From positions 62,001 through 126,000 of the forward strand of contig NMRA01000826.1 of assembly GCA_002633005.1 (NCBI GenBank): a stretch of DNA of 64,000 nucleotides, in the 5' to 3' direction. The notes below the pieces were generated by a model. It was not told the origin of the DNA and made no database searches. It saw nothing but the letters and a program-made list of their open reading frames with translations. This document shows, piece by piece, positions 37,957-52,700 of the stretch. The translations under genes and the position numbers were made by a program. This DNA comes from Phoronis australis. Its lineage: Eukaryota; Animalia; Phoronida. How positions within the stretch are numbered: position 1 is the stretch's first letter; each line of letters begins with the position of its first letter.

Positions 37957-40693
37957 TCAGCAGGTAACACCCATGTTTGAAGTATTAAATACTGAATATT
38001 TTTTACAAACAATGGAGGTACCAGCCATAAAAATTACCTCTTGAAACCAATTCCACAAGTTAAGTTTTGTTGGTTTTCATTCTTAACGATTGATATTTTA
38101 ATTTAAAATAAAAATCTCAGAGAATTGCTTCTCTTTGCCACAGACCATAAAATGAGTATACCAGTTTTGAGCAAATGTCCCCACTTATAGAGAAAAATGT
38201 TCAAGACTCCTAAATGTTGAAAAGGAAGTAACCAATAAAGATATTTGGTTGAAGTTGTCCAAAACATCTCGCACGTTTGGCACATAAAAGATGTGAATAA
38301 AGTCCTCATCTCAAAGGGCATTCTAGTTCAAAAAAATTATTATGAAACATGGCATAATGTTCTTATTTTCTGTTATCAAATTAAAAGCTTTTTTAGCACA
38401 ACTTTGTACATCGGACGAGATCGGAAAATCATCGACTATTCCTATCTATTTCCGTGACCTGAGTTCCTGTGTGTCAGTTCAGGAACGATTCTTAAATGAC
38501 GGTCATATTGTCCTTGAAAACGTATTGACATCACCGTGAGCGTAAATGTATTGTTACTTTGTTTGGTTGCTTTTGATTCCCATTTTGGTTCTTTTTATAC
38601 AAACTTGATTATTTAAAGTCCAAATTTTACTTGTTCTTTGTATATGACGAATGGTATTTAATGCATAATCATAAGTTTGTGAAGTACCGTCACAAAGTCT
38701 CCCATAGTCAACACTCGGCTACTGAGGTCAGCCCTGACTCATCGCGAGGGTAGGTCAAATTTCAACAACAGTACCCGTTTAGGTAGTATATCAGAGGAAA
38801 AAAGTTTCTGAGTCAACAAATGTCTTATCATTAAATTGATGCAAAGTACCAGCCTGAAGTTAGCAATTGCCGTGTCACGGTGACTACCCAAACGTGTGAG
38901 CGCAGTGTGTAATTGGCAGCAAATCGGCACCAGTTTTACTGGCTGTTTAAAAATGTAAAATAAAAAAGAACATCCACATACGGCGATGTTTCGACAATCA
39001 AAAACAAGTTTTATCTCAAAACTGACAGTGAGCTTTACATCTGTGCTTGATTTTGCTGTCAGGACACAGAAACCAGCGAAGTAATTCGTCGCGACTCTTC
39101 GCCGGGAAAATAATCACTTGATAAATTGGCTTTGGTTTTCAATCATCACTGACAATATATTTCCAAACCTCACACAAAAAACTTACAATATATACCTCTG
39201 TTGTCTAAATATAAAAATTCCGCGCCGCAAACCGGGGCGGGGGAGGAGTGTAGAGGATTTTCGTCAATGAGCTGAATGTCAGCGATGGGAAAATATTGGT
39301 GTTAGGAGCATGACACAGTATTTTTTAATCTCTTTGTCACAGGAATTTCACTCATTCAGAGCCGGGTAGCTAATTTTCATCTTGCTACATGGAGCAGACG
39401 TCCGACCGCGTACCATGGCAGCGTTTTCCCGTTCAGTGACTTTACCAGACGTAGGGGGTTCTGAGCATGCGATAAAATCTAGCTTCTTTGTTGACTGCCA
39501 AGCACACTCTTTTATCTGTTATGACAAGTAGGCCAATTATCTACCATGAGGCTTATTACAGACCACGTGTGAACACAGTCAAACTCAGAGTGACTTGGTG
39601 TATTCGGAAAGAATAGATTGTCGTACCTTCATTTGCAGTAAGGCCATTTTGGCGATTCAAAAACTAAACATGATCCCAATTTGATGAAGACTTCAGAAAT
39701 ACTACTGGTTTATGTTCAAGTATGTTATAACTCAACTTTTTGTTTTAACAGCACAGCCCAGTCAGGGTAGATAGGAACTTATTGGAGATTAGAGCAATTA
39801 TCGAACAACAGAGAGCTGGCTCTCCAACCATAAATGCCAGAATGAAGTTAATCAGTCGTGTCAGATATTGGCTTCTGGGGGTAAACTTCCCAACTTGTTG
39901 TTTGGCTATAGAATCGAACAAGTTGGGAGCAACGAAAAAACGCCGTAATGTGGCAGGCCAGGCAGTCCGGCTTTGTCGGCTAGCAGCGTATACGAATGTT
40001 TCTGCCCAAGTGGGAATTATTCCTTTTACTTTAAACTCGTTAATACTTACAGTACCATTTGGAACCATGGCAAGTTTTCCACCTGCAGTTATTTCGCCTC
40101 CAAATTGTATTCTCTTGGCACTCAGCCGCCCGGCCGTAGCCGCCAAGTCGCGTCTAAATTCATTTTCCATATTCACGCAAGTTTAACTGTAAGGATATTC
40201 TAACTGTATAACAATTTTATTCAATATTTGATGTTGCGTGTTCGTTGTTCTGTTTATACTGTTTGTTTACCAGAGACTGTTAAACCCAGCAAAACACGCT
40301 TATCGTAGCCCGCCATAGGCCCGTTATTATTCAATCGTTGCCGCAAAACTGTTACTAGTCCTTAATTTTATACAAGAGTCGGAAACTATTTTGGTATGTA
40401 CACGGCATTCATGATTTGAACCATTTATTCCGATAAAACACTGGGACGGCATGCCTTCATCTTTTGTCAGTGCGAGTGGTCTGATCGGTCAGCACCAGGT
40501 CATTGGCTGCAGATCCAAGCTCGGCAAAATAATTTCTGCCGAAATTTATTTTCAATTGACACATTTTGTTAACATTTTCAATACAAATTTTCCCTATTTT
40601 GGTTTTAGAAAAGTTGAGGTCCGCTATCGATTATTTTATCCCCGTTTGGAGGCTGGTAACGGACTCTGCTCCAGTCGCACAGCTGGCGTATCC

Positions 40694-40706
40694 TTAGCCT
40701 GGGTTC
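40694..40706 (-). CDS. Putative terminal micro-exon of the ParB-like gene (NPG*)
   Basis: cattcag| acceptor, phase 2; TAA; AATAAA about 145 nt downstream. Confidence 0.4.
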
Positions 40707-43700
40707 CTGAATGAATTGTACTTCTGGCTTCGCAGTTAGTTCAAAATGGCAGTGTGATCTTCCAATCGGAATTATGAGTGATGCGTTTATTTAAACTTTC
40801 TTCGACTACGGATTGTGTATTGGTTACGGGATAAGTACTGAATGGTTGCTAAGAATGTCCTCGAACCACTTAATAAGGGTTAAAAAACATGTGCTTCTAG
40901 GACTTTAAAGAATTCCTTTTGAGGGTAGCAATTAAATCTTAAGACCTTATTTTAGTAATGACGCACATGTTGCATTTCTGAAATAAGAACTCTACTTACG
41001 CATATGCTGTAATCACCTGGACAAGATTATCGGGAGGAGTTATGCAGCCACCACATAACTGGCTTGGCAAAGACCCAACAACGTAACTTGGGAACACCTG
41101 GAGGGTATGCATTCTCCCCTTGCCTAATTGCAACGACCCTTCACTTTCTGACATTGTAAATTTTCCATCTTCATCAACGTAGCCAATGGGCTTTTTACAA
41201 TGTTGGAGCGAGTTTGGTCCAACCCACCGGCCCAAGTAAATAGCACCTCTGCTCCACTCCACAATGCCAATAATTTCCTAAAACAATGCGACATTAACAT
41301 AATTCAACAACATTATGTATCAAAGCTCTAAAAACAAGAGCAATGCGGAGCATTGAAATGCACCCACGAATGCATTGCAAATGGTGTGCTTTTAGGGTTG
41401 CTTATTTGTGTCATAAAATGGCAGCTAGATGGTGCAAAACATACAATCTGTCCGAAAGCGGGAACATGTCATTGCTTCTTTAATAGAAAGCTAAACTCCA
41501 AATTTCATAGAAATCGGTCATGGAACTTCAGAGAAACAAAGGAAATCAGAATAAAATGAAATTGCCACTAAGGGGGCACAGTGTTCATTGGATCCGCCTG
41601 AAAGTTGTCATTGTCTGTTGTTAGCTTCATATAAATAAACTTACAAAATTTAATAAAGATCCTGCAGTGGGTTTAGTAGAGGCAGCTATGGGCGCAAAAC
41701 AAAACAAAACTACCACGAGGAAGTGCAAAAATAGTCAAAGTTGTCATCATCAACCGTCCTCTTCACACTGAGAACATACACGCCAATTTTCAAAACCATC
41801 CTCAGAATGATTCGGTTTATAGAGAGGTAGATGCCAAAAAACAGATTCAAAAAGAGCAAAAATCACCACTAGGTGGTGCAAAGTACCTTGATTCCATCCG
41901 AAAACAGGAGGATAGCGTCATCTCACCAATATATGCCCGTATTCAAAATTTTATGAAAATCTGTTGAGGACCTTTGAAGGAAAACGTAAAACTAAAATTG
42001 CCAACAGGGGGCATACGAGTAGTCAGATCCATCCCAAAATCATCATCGTCCGTTGTCAACATCATGTAAACACACTTCTTAAATTTAGTAGTAAAGATCC
42101 TGCATATGGTTTAGTAGATACAGCCATGGGCGCCACAGTAGTCGAAGTCATCGGAAAGTCATTGTCAGCAATACACTTCATAGTAAAAACATACACGCCA
42201 AATAACAAGACTTGAAAACAGTAAAAAAGGCTACGAGGTGGTGCAAACTAGGTCAAATCCATCTGAAAACGGAAAGATAGCGTCACCTCACTAACAGAAA
42301 CCTGTATGCCACATTTTATGAAATTACGTTGAGGACCTTTGAAGATACAGACTGAAAACGTTAAAAAAAAAATTACCACCAGGTGGCACACCAGTTGTCC
42401 GATCTGTTCGAAACTCGTTGTCGTCTATTGTCAACATCATATAAATGCACTTACTAAGTTTAGTAAAGATGCTACAAATGGTTTAGGAGATATAGCCATA
42501 AGCGCAAAACAACAAAACTGCCACTTGGAGGGGCCACAGTAGTCGAAGTTGACAGAAAATCATCGTCAACCATCCTCTTCATAGTAAGGACATACATGCC
42601 AATTTTCACAATCATACTTAGAGCGATTTGGTTGATAGAGGGGTGGACGTCAAAAAACAGACTCGAAAAAATGGCCACTAGGTGGAGCAAACCAAGTCGA
42701 ATCCATCCGAAAGCGGGATGATGCTGTCGTCTTACTAATAGATGCCTAATTACCAAATTTTATGAAAATACGTTGAGGACCTTTGAAGATACAGAGGTAA
42801 ACATAAAAAACTAAAATTGCCACTAGGGGGCATACCGGTAGTCGGATCCGTTCGAAAGTTCGCTCATGCTGTCCCATCAATGAAAGGAACACAATGTGCA
42901 AAATTTCATGAACATACGTCAAACCATTTTGAAGATAGAGCAACGGACACTGGACGCCGGACGGACGCTGCCCGGATGGATGCAGATGACAGCATAATGC
43001 GCCCACATATAAATATGTGGGCGCATTTTATACGTGGGCGCATAAAAATACTGCATCAGTAATGAGGGTATCTTGAAAAAGCTACCAACATTTTACGCAA
43101 TTACATACTCAGACAACTTACATCAATGTGTTTTTCCTTCACCCTCTTGGCACGAGGTTCATTCGCCTGTAAAAGTTTCATAATTTTGGTTACAGTGAAG
43201 TTAGAGCTGTTCCAGTAAAATCTGTATGGGAATGGGGGAAGGCACCTTTTTTCGCACCCACCACCCATATTTTTCATTTATTTCTTCAGCCTACTACCCG
43301 TAATTTTTTATAAGTTTGAAATGCAACCACCCGTAATTTTTTTTGTTCTTGTGGTTGACTGCACAGGCGCTTGAGTTTATCTGTTCCTCCATCACCACTA
43401 ACGTCATTCATTACTAAGAAAACNTGCAGATTCTGGTTATAACAAATTTTAGCAAAAAATATAACTTTGTGTAAGTTGGCAGCAAATTTTCTTCAAAGCA
43501 AGGGCAGTTGAACCATTGTTTTCATGTTCACAGCAGTTCTGTAGATTATACTACTCTTAACAATGACAGCTGTGTCCAATCAAAAATCCATGTGGCCATC
43601 TGCGTCTTTTCACTTCATTATTACAATGAACATCAGGCACCTGTTGAGTTGTGTCTATACAAAAGCGGGTGACATTCTGAACTTATGAGAGGACTATAGG

Positions 43701-46700
43701 GAAGCAAAAATCAACAGAAGCCAGTGTAATATTCAATAAAAAACACATAAAGATAATGACACAAGTTGCTGCTCAGATGCATCAGAAATTTTGAAGCGGT
43801 GACATCATGATTACTATATTTGATAATGTTTACATACTTTGTCAGACTTTCGTTTGTTGTTAACTGGTTGGCTACTGATGGCACCCTGTCTCAATTCATC
43901 CTGAAAGGTGAAAAATACACTGCAATAAACTGCACAATTACGATAAAAGCAACCCTGCTAATTGTAACAAAAAGCTTCACTGGGTTGGAAAATAATGGTA
44001 AGCAAATTGCTACTTAATTAAGTACACATCAGAATTTCGACATCCCAAAAGTGTAGTTATTTCTTTTTGATGCATTCAACAAAACTTACTAAAAATAGCA
44101 CAGAAGCGTCATGGTGAATAACTGGTTGCCTATTAAAATATACAAAAGTCATACAAGATCATCTAAATTCAGGCACAAAACAGTTTATTTGCAAGACGCG
44201 TTTCCCAGAAAAACTACATTTTCACCAACTTTCTTGTGTTTAATAAGCGCACATACTGTGTTTCTTACGTGGAGAATTTTATTCTCAGTCCAAGATACCC
44301 ATTGGTTTACAAAAAACATAATCACAGTTTGTCAAAACAAAATACCACTTTGGTGTCTGCCCGTGTTGTGTGCTGAACCCAAACTTGATGATCCAGCAAA
44401 CGCAAAATATTCACGCATTTCCAGTTTCTGTTCTTAATTCATCATTCATAAACAAGTACAAAAAACAGACAAATACATCCATTCACACCTCAGAAAAGAC
44501 CATTCTTGTATCTCATATAAAGTAAACAACTGGTACATTGAGTTAAAGTAAACACTAAAATTTTCCCATTTCCCAGAGAAGCTGTCACACACAAAACTTT
44601 TAAACGAAACTAATTTTTCATGATTATAGTACTCATGAGTATATGTAACAAACTTGTGAATATTAGGAATATTTTTGTGACATCTCTCCTCATAAATGTA
44701 CTGTTTCGCTGGTAATAGCAAAATGTTAAATAAAAAATCATGTGTCTCATAAAGTCCAAGAATAAGACAAACAGTTGGGAAGTTGAACGAGACACTTTTA
44801 AGAAGTTTCTGAATTCCTTTCAAAAACCTTCTACAGGGCGACATTCCCAAAAAAGGTATGACAGTGTCTCTGGAACTTCATAACAAAAGGAACATAAATT
44901 AGAGTCCCGAAATTAGATTTTGACTACAAAAAAGTATTTGTCGCAATAATCCTGTAGAGTGTAATACTCTAAATTGGAAATATGTAAAGTTGGGATCCTT
45001 TGTAATTTCATAAGGCAATGTGTATATTATGTTCTTCCAATCTATACTAACTCAATTTCCCAACAAATATGTGTGACGGGACGTTCGTAACTTTACGCTT
45101 ATTGTTATTCTTATTTAGTTGCAAATGTTCAGTTATTCTTATGCTAATGTCTTTGTTGCGTCTCAGTGCGCCTTTGTTACGTGGGCATGCGGGCGCGACT
45201 GTATGTGTCGGGCACTTCACTAGCGACAGGCTTAGGAGAAGGGTGTTTGCCTTCCTTTGCCTACATGAAATTGATCGTCATCATGTGTAACTGAACTGAA
45301 CGTATGCCTGATGAGGAAAAATACACATTTTTGATGCTCAGTGGAGACTTGCTCTGTTACATATGTCTACAACCCTTCACAATTCCAGGTTGATGACTGC
45401 ATCCACAAAAAATCACATCCACCCACCCAGCAGTTAGGGAGATTTTAAAGATATTTACCAGTATAAGCAGACATTCTCGCCTGAGTATACCCAACCATTC
45501 TAAAACAACCAAAGTAAACAAACGCCCCTCGCACTGAGGTATGGCTTGCGCTCTTGCCCCGGCATAAACTGCTTCTGAGAAGGTGCATAATGAAGGTAAA
45601 GGGACTCCATAGCCTTCATAAAGCATATTAAGCTCATTTACATGAAAATTAAATCTCATGAGANTTTACTGGAACAGCCCTCATACTTTTTATTTAAAAA
45701 TCATCAATTTTCTTACATGTGTTAACACCAGTTTAGTGTTGCATAACTTTTCAATTCAATAGGACTGCAGACAATCAGTTGGCTCAAATCAAGTTGCCCA
45801 TGACTTGATTAATGGCATAGTGAACATATTGCACCCTGTTCACTGGCAATATGAGCTTTTTTATATTGGGATATGTTAGGATATATGCCAATTGCATTTT
45901 TTTGAGTTTTGACGGCTGAAGAAACCAACTTGTCAACATTAACAGGTCAAAAAATACCACCCATTTTTAATGCATCACTTCTTACAGGAACGACCACCCA
46001 TAATTTGTTTTTTTTTCTGAAGACCACCACCCATGAATCTTTATTTCTACTGCTGTCCTCCCTCCCTCATGGATTTTACTGGAACAGCCCTCATGAGAAT
46101 CCATTAAATCTCAGGAGAATCCATTAAATCTCAGGAGAATCCATTACATCTCAAGAGAATCCATTAAATCTCAAGAGAATCCATTATATCTCAAGAGAAT
46201 CTATTAAATCTCATAAGTATCCATACCTGAAGTCTTTTCAACAGTCCAGTGAGTCGGGCAATTTCATTCTTTTTTTCCTCCAATTCATTGGACAATACGT
46301 TGAATTGATCCTGTAGACATTTGTGGGCTGTTTCAGCCTCTCTGCGAAGGTGCTTCTCAATGGACAACCTTTTCTGAATAGCTCGTATTTGGCTTGTAGA
46401 ATTCTGCAATAAGATGATGAGATTGAATCGTAAGTCGTGTGATGTTGAGCTTCTTTTTAGTAGTCATTTTCTACATCACCAGTAGGCACCAAAATAAACT
46501 CTTCATTAGTTAGAAAACATGGCCCATTCCAAGAAAACCAACTTAGCTATGACAAATCTTAAACTTCAGTCAATTCTAAGATAAAACCAGAATTTGTCTC
46601 AAGACCACTTCAAGAGGTCTTAAGTTTGACTTAATTTTTTTACTGAAGTTTTGTCTTAAGTTAAACCATATTACTGGATGTGGAAGTTTCAAAGTTTGGA

Positions 46701-49700
46701 AGTTGAGAAATAATTTAGACTTAAATAAAAATGAACTTAAGTCAGTTTTTTGAACGGACTGAAAGTTTCTTAATTTCCTTTGACAATCAACCTGAACTTT
46801 AAAAAGGTAACCATTTGAATAATTCACCATTAATTTTTGCACCATACACATAATATTAAAGATATAATACATTACATCTCCTTCCTTCCGCTTTCTTTCA
46901 TACATTTCGTTTTCAAGCTGTTCAAGCTCCCGCTCTGCTTTGTTTGCTCTTCTCTCTGCTTTTTCTAATTTCTGCTCAGACTGTTCCAAAGCCAACTTCA
47001 TCTACAGCCGATATTTTAGTTCAGTCAAATTGCAAATTATTGAGTGTCCAATTGATCGAATCACTTGGCTACTTCGTACAATATATAAATAGTCATATGA
47101 CTCAGTCTATACTTTATTTCATTCAAATTCCATATCATTGAGTGCCAGATTTATCAAATCACTTGGTGTTACTGTATTGTGGATGCACGTCTCTCCGTTG
47201 TTACGTATTCTCACCAGAGGTCAATTTGGGTTTTAACCAATGTTAAGTTGTTGACCGGGCAGTTCAAGTTGGTCTGTGACAACGTGCGGATGTGAGTGGA
47301 AATTATTACAATTAACACTGATAAATTGTTAGCTAGTCACTGGTGCTGAACATTCTAATGACTGGTTATATGCAGTCAAACTACTGATTAAGTATTTTGT
47401 TGATAAGGTGAGCGTATTCAACTGTGTAGACAGCTATGTCTGCTGTTGTGCGTGGAACACGTCTGTAATATTTAGTGGGAAGCTGTGAATCATGTGGGTA
47501 CAACCAGATGATGACGATGACTCGAGATACCACAAGCTCAATTGGTGGTGTTCGTCCCTGTATTATGTTATGTATAACCACTTGTCAAATATTAGTATGT
47601 TTAAGATGTAAACATTGCACAAAATAACTAGAGAGGTTGCTATACATAACATGTCAAGTTTTAAAACCGTAGTTATTTTCTTGAATTTATGCTGCTACTT
47701 GCTATCATGGAAATATATACCTGGCTATGAAACACTTAAAAGACACCTTACATTGAGAACACAACCTGCCTACATTTTTAAACATTGTTTGTAACCAGAC
47801 ACAATCACGAACCACCAACCTACCTCTGTTACATCTATCTCAACGTCACAATCTTTCTTTCCAGTCTCAGCAGATTTGAATGTATTGCTCCTAAAACAAA
47901 AAAGGATGTTTTTGATAAACTAGCATTTCCACTCTAACAGTCTGAGAATATTTATTGTTTGTAATTACATTTTTTATGGAAAAGTAGGGTGTAACTGTAA
48001 AATGACAAGTAAAATGAAAAATATCAAGAACTGTTTGCAAAGCATGGTCATATTTTTTCTACAGACAGGAATCTTTTACTAACATTTATTTGTTTATTTA
48101 TTCATTGTAATATTTACAATGAAAGTGGCCTCTTCAGTGATAGCACTGCTTTCCGAGAGGGCGCTTAGCAACAAAATATAAAACAGTACATGTAGGACAG
48201 GCTACCAGAACAACAGGTCTTGGGAACACAACATATCTCCAGACTTATGAACACGGCTCAGACAAAAGTTATTTAGGTTAACGTTGGACCGTAGAAAAGC
48301 ATCATCCTACTCTGGATAACTTTTAAGCATCATATCTGAGAAATGGCTCAACGGATTCAAATCTTTTTTGTGCTATTCTCCACAAGAGGAGCTATCGAAA
48401 GAGGAATTTGATGATCAAAAAATCAAAAGTTGCATGAAACGAAAAGGAAATAGTCTTTTGAAATTTGATCATGGCTTTGAAATGAAATTTGGTTATGTAT
48501 CATTCTTTATAACATTGACTAGCCATGGAAGTACCTCTTTTTGCTAGATTGCACTAAAGACATGGCCATGTGACTCAATCACAGACAAAAATGTACTATA
48601 AAATCAAAAACCGAATCTTAAATTACATTTTCTACTTTCAGAAAATGAATACTCTAGCTATTTGCTTGAATGCATAATAAATAAATGGTGAAATGTGAAA
48701 GGACTTCACGATGGTAGAAAAAAGATTTCCGAATGATATAGACGAAGTGCGTTGCTAAAGATCCAATAGGAGAGTTTTAAGTTACCTCTGTTGTGGGAAT
48801 GAATATTGACTTACTTTGAACCTTGGTCCTTCAACTTTTCTTTAAATTGTTGAAAAGTGATTTTTCGTTCATTTAGGGACTTAATAAGTTGCAGACTTGA
48901 TGTACTGGCATCCACATTTATAAATGCATATTGCGTCAAGTCCTGCTTCAGAGGCTGACCTCTGAGCTCCTTATTTCTCCAGCGCTGGAAGGTTGTCAGT
49001 AATTCTTTGAATGTGTCTTGTGGGAGGCAAGCCACTTTCAGATGAACTTTGTACTTGTTCCGCAACTGTTGTATCTAAAACAATACCATCACTATTTGTG
49101 GGCAATGAACGCTTGTAACCTCCACCATTATAAATTCTTCCAAACTATTTAGTGTTAGCTAGTTGACACTGCAGAAATAAAAGAAATTTATTTTGCCAGA
49201 GAAAAGTCAAAATTTTATAATTAAATTTAGATTTTCAAAAGCTATCTTATTCACTGTCAGCTGCAGCACTACCAAAACACTGAAAACAACACATCTTTAC
49301 TTCTTTACCATGATCGCGGACTTAAATACAAAGTCCACGCTAAAATTGACACAGCTGCTAATCAGGCTGTGTGAGAACATTTTGGGCGAACATGCGTGGT
49401 ATTGCACAATTTCAAAATTGCATATTAATGCATTTTAGTTGCATAGCAGTACTAACTTGTATTGAATGAAAAACACAATTGTTCCAAAATGAGGGAAAAA
49501 ATAAATTATCTCGGCCTTCCAAATTTTGCAAGCAAATTTGTTGGACTAGACTTATCAAAATGTCACCTTTTCTATGCGGAGAATTTTTGCCAAGTTGGTC
49601 CTCAATTCCGATTTCAATTTCATTTCCATTCGTTCAGGAGATGAGTGCAGCTTGACAGCTTCTTTTCGGAAAAGTATGACATAATCTTCAAAAGTCATTG

Positions 49701-52700
49701 GTTTTGATACAGTCGAAATAACATTGCTATCATTTCCCAGTGTCAAACACTGTTCTGTAGTGAGGCCCCAATATATGTTGATGGGCCATTCCTTGAAGAT
49801 ACTGTTCTCCTTGGCCAGATCCTTAAGTGCCAAGTGGGTATGGTTACCCCCTATAATTTGGACGGGTATTGAAGAACTGATGATTTCTTCGTAAGAAGGT
49901 TTTTTTGAGACGTCAACGAGCCCCAACAGAGCTGTTGTTCTGGTTTCCGGACGCATCAAGAGAGACTCTTTCAAAGCTTTAACATGCTTTGCGTCAGCAG
50001 TACGGCACATGATGCCATTGTCTGGCTGTCTCATTTGAAGCACTGGGATCATGAGATAGTTACCTATAACAAAACAATGTTAGACAATCACGTTACACTC
50101 AGTAAGCACTTCCGGGTATTGTTCATTTCAAGCAAATGACAAATCTTAATGTGCAACAAGCATTAAACATAAAAGTATCAGAATTTCTACCCTAACAATA
50201 ATTAGTTAACAAAAGTGACAGTTGCAGAACCGTTCCGCATGCAGAACCATTCTGCATGGGGAGCGATTTCCTAAACAGAATGGTTTTGAGGGATATTCGT
50301 TTTGCCTAATCAACTTAAAATGCATTCCATTCCCATGCCACTTGAAAGTATCAATGTGACATGGCTGTTGCGGAACCATGCGGAATCTGAGTGACAAGAT
50401 GAACAACACATCTATAAGAGGAAACACATTTCATACAGGTCATAACTGTGATGGCGTATCTAGCACATAACTATCCTAAGAAAAATTCTGTAATTAGTCA
50501 ATAAGGCTCCGAGACAAACAGACAACCGCATCAAAACTTAGTGTGGCCCTAGCTCTGGGCTCATGTAGGAATTGCTTAAACTTTCGCCATAAAACTTGCT
50601 TAGCTATTTTTGTCCGCCTTCAAAAACCTTGAAAGTCTGTCTCCTAAACCTGTGATCTGGCATTTAGCTGTCAAGCATAACATCCCGTCTGATAGGTCAC
50701 AAAGTGTGCACTGTAAACTTGAAGTTATTCTAAACTTGGAGCACTCTAGAGACACATTGTTGTGCAGTTCTATCAGTCTGCGTACTACTCATGATGATGA
50801 GTTTTACCAGGACCAGTTGTTTTTGTAATCGCTTCTACTTAATCATTCCCACCTGAAAAAATTCAGTTTTGTCACCCAGACATTTTCTACTCTGACATCT
50901 TGCCCTGTGCTTGACATGGGCATCCAGTCATATTAAGTTATTAACCTCCAAAATAATCCCCCAACTTAATGGCTACAATATTATGTCTGTGTAGGTTCTG
51001 GACTGTACTACAAGATAAATTGCCTGATCAGCATGTCTATGAGTGATGTCTATGTGGAATCAGCTTCATCCATCTGGTTTTGTTTATGCTCTGGTTTCAA
51101 CTCACCATGTAGCAGATTGAAGGTGCCTGATGAAGTGGTTGTTTGCTAGAGTTGTTCACTGGTACTGACTTAAAATTGATAAACAGTGACTGCTATTTTA
51201 AGAATCTGTGCAGTTTAAGTTTCATGTTCCTGGGTCAGATAAGAGGTGTAGTAGTAATGGTTTGTTCAACTACAGCACTTACATGATGAAAGCAGTCAGA
51301 CAGATTGTGGCTGACAACTTGGTTACTTTGTTTTATATATCTGAGGTTACTGTAACTCAGATCTCATGACTGTTTATAGTGTTGTCAGCTAATTCAATAT
51401 TTATGTTCTAAAACTGGCTTGAAATGTTTATCTCAAACATGCTTTATCAATTAGTTGTCAAGGTTACAAACTTGAAAGCAGCCTTTTCAAACTGGTTGTA
51501 ACTCCAGAACTAAGAACAGCTGGATATATAGGTAAGACTGAACAATGAACTTAATGTTGAAATTTGCTATATAATGATTAGATTACATTTAACAAGGAAT
51601 AATTAATTTATAAGTGTTCAGTCACATTAATTTTGTAGTGGAAATATCTTTCAATTCTGCGCAAAATTAATTACTGGTATGTTTTATTGCCATTACCAAA
51701 AGTACATACCCCCCCAACACAGTTGACCATTCCCTTACAGTAAAAGAGCAGATTTCAAGGGAATGACAGGCATGAAATGGAACATTCACTAGCTATTTAT
51801 AGCACTCAGAATCCAAGTGAGAAATGTCGTTTTGCAGTTCGACTATTAGAAGTGAGTGTTGAGTCGACACGAGAGTAGGTTTCCCGAAATTAATTCATTT
51901 TGTCAAGTTGTGAAAGCATTCGCCACTTTAACATATGTACTGCACTCTAACATTGCCAGTGGCGCTCACAATTGGCCAATGGCAAGCTGGCGAGTGGCTA
52001 GTGCAAGCCCAGGAAGGTGACAGAGTTCACACAATATTCCTTAGTTGTAGTCTACACCTTCATGCAGCAACATGAGAAGCTGTAGAAATGGCCAGGATTC
52101 AACCCTTTCATCGTTTTTTGAGAGTGAGGCCAACGTGTAAGGAATATTCCCTCAACTCTCACACGACATGAGGAGTTGTCACGAAGCGCAGGAAATATTC
52201 TCTGCTTGAAGATATTAAGCATAGTATTTGGAGAACTACCTGCTTGCAGTGATGGAATGTCCCGTCACAAAGAATAATATTATGCATAAAAATCCTCAAT
52301 TTTGCCTTATTTCTTTATCAAATTTCTATAATCTGCAGTCACACCCAAAAAGGTGCTGGAACAGATATTCCTTTTTTGAAATAGAAACAGTTGCCGCCGC
52401 CAGGCTACAGATACAAAAACTGTTGTTTTAAAGTGACATACACATTGTTTCATAATGTGACTTTATCATGCTACTCATTCTGAGCAATGTACTCTACACT
52501 TACATACCAACCAATTTGTCTGAAAGTGCACCATCATGTTCCACATGTGAAGGCAAACTTGCAGCCTGAAATTAACAGATTTTCATAAAATAAAATACTC
52601 CTTCTATAATACCACAGCCAATGTTAACAGCAGTATATTCAATACTAACCCTGTTACATTTAGTAAGTATTAATCAGTTGATGATAAAACAAAGCAGTTG

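Noticed and set aside
47010-47557. Possible extra exon of the ParB-like gene
   Set aside because: Stops in all frames, and the flanking exons already join in phase
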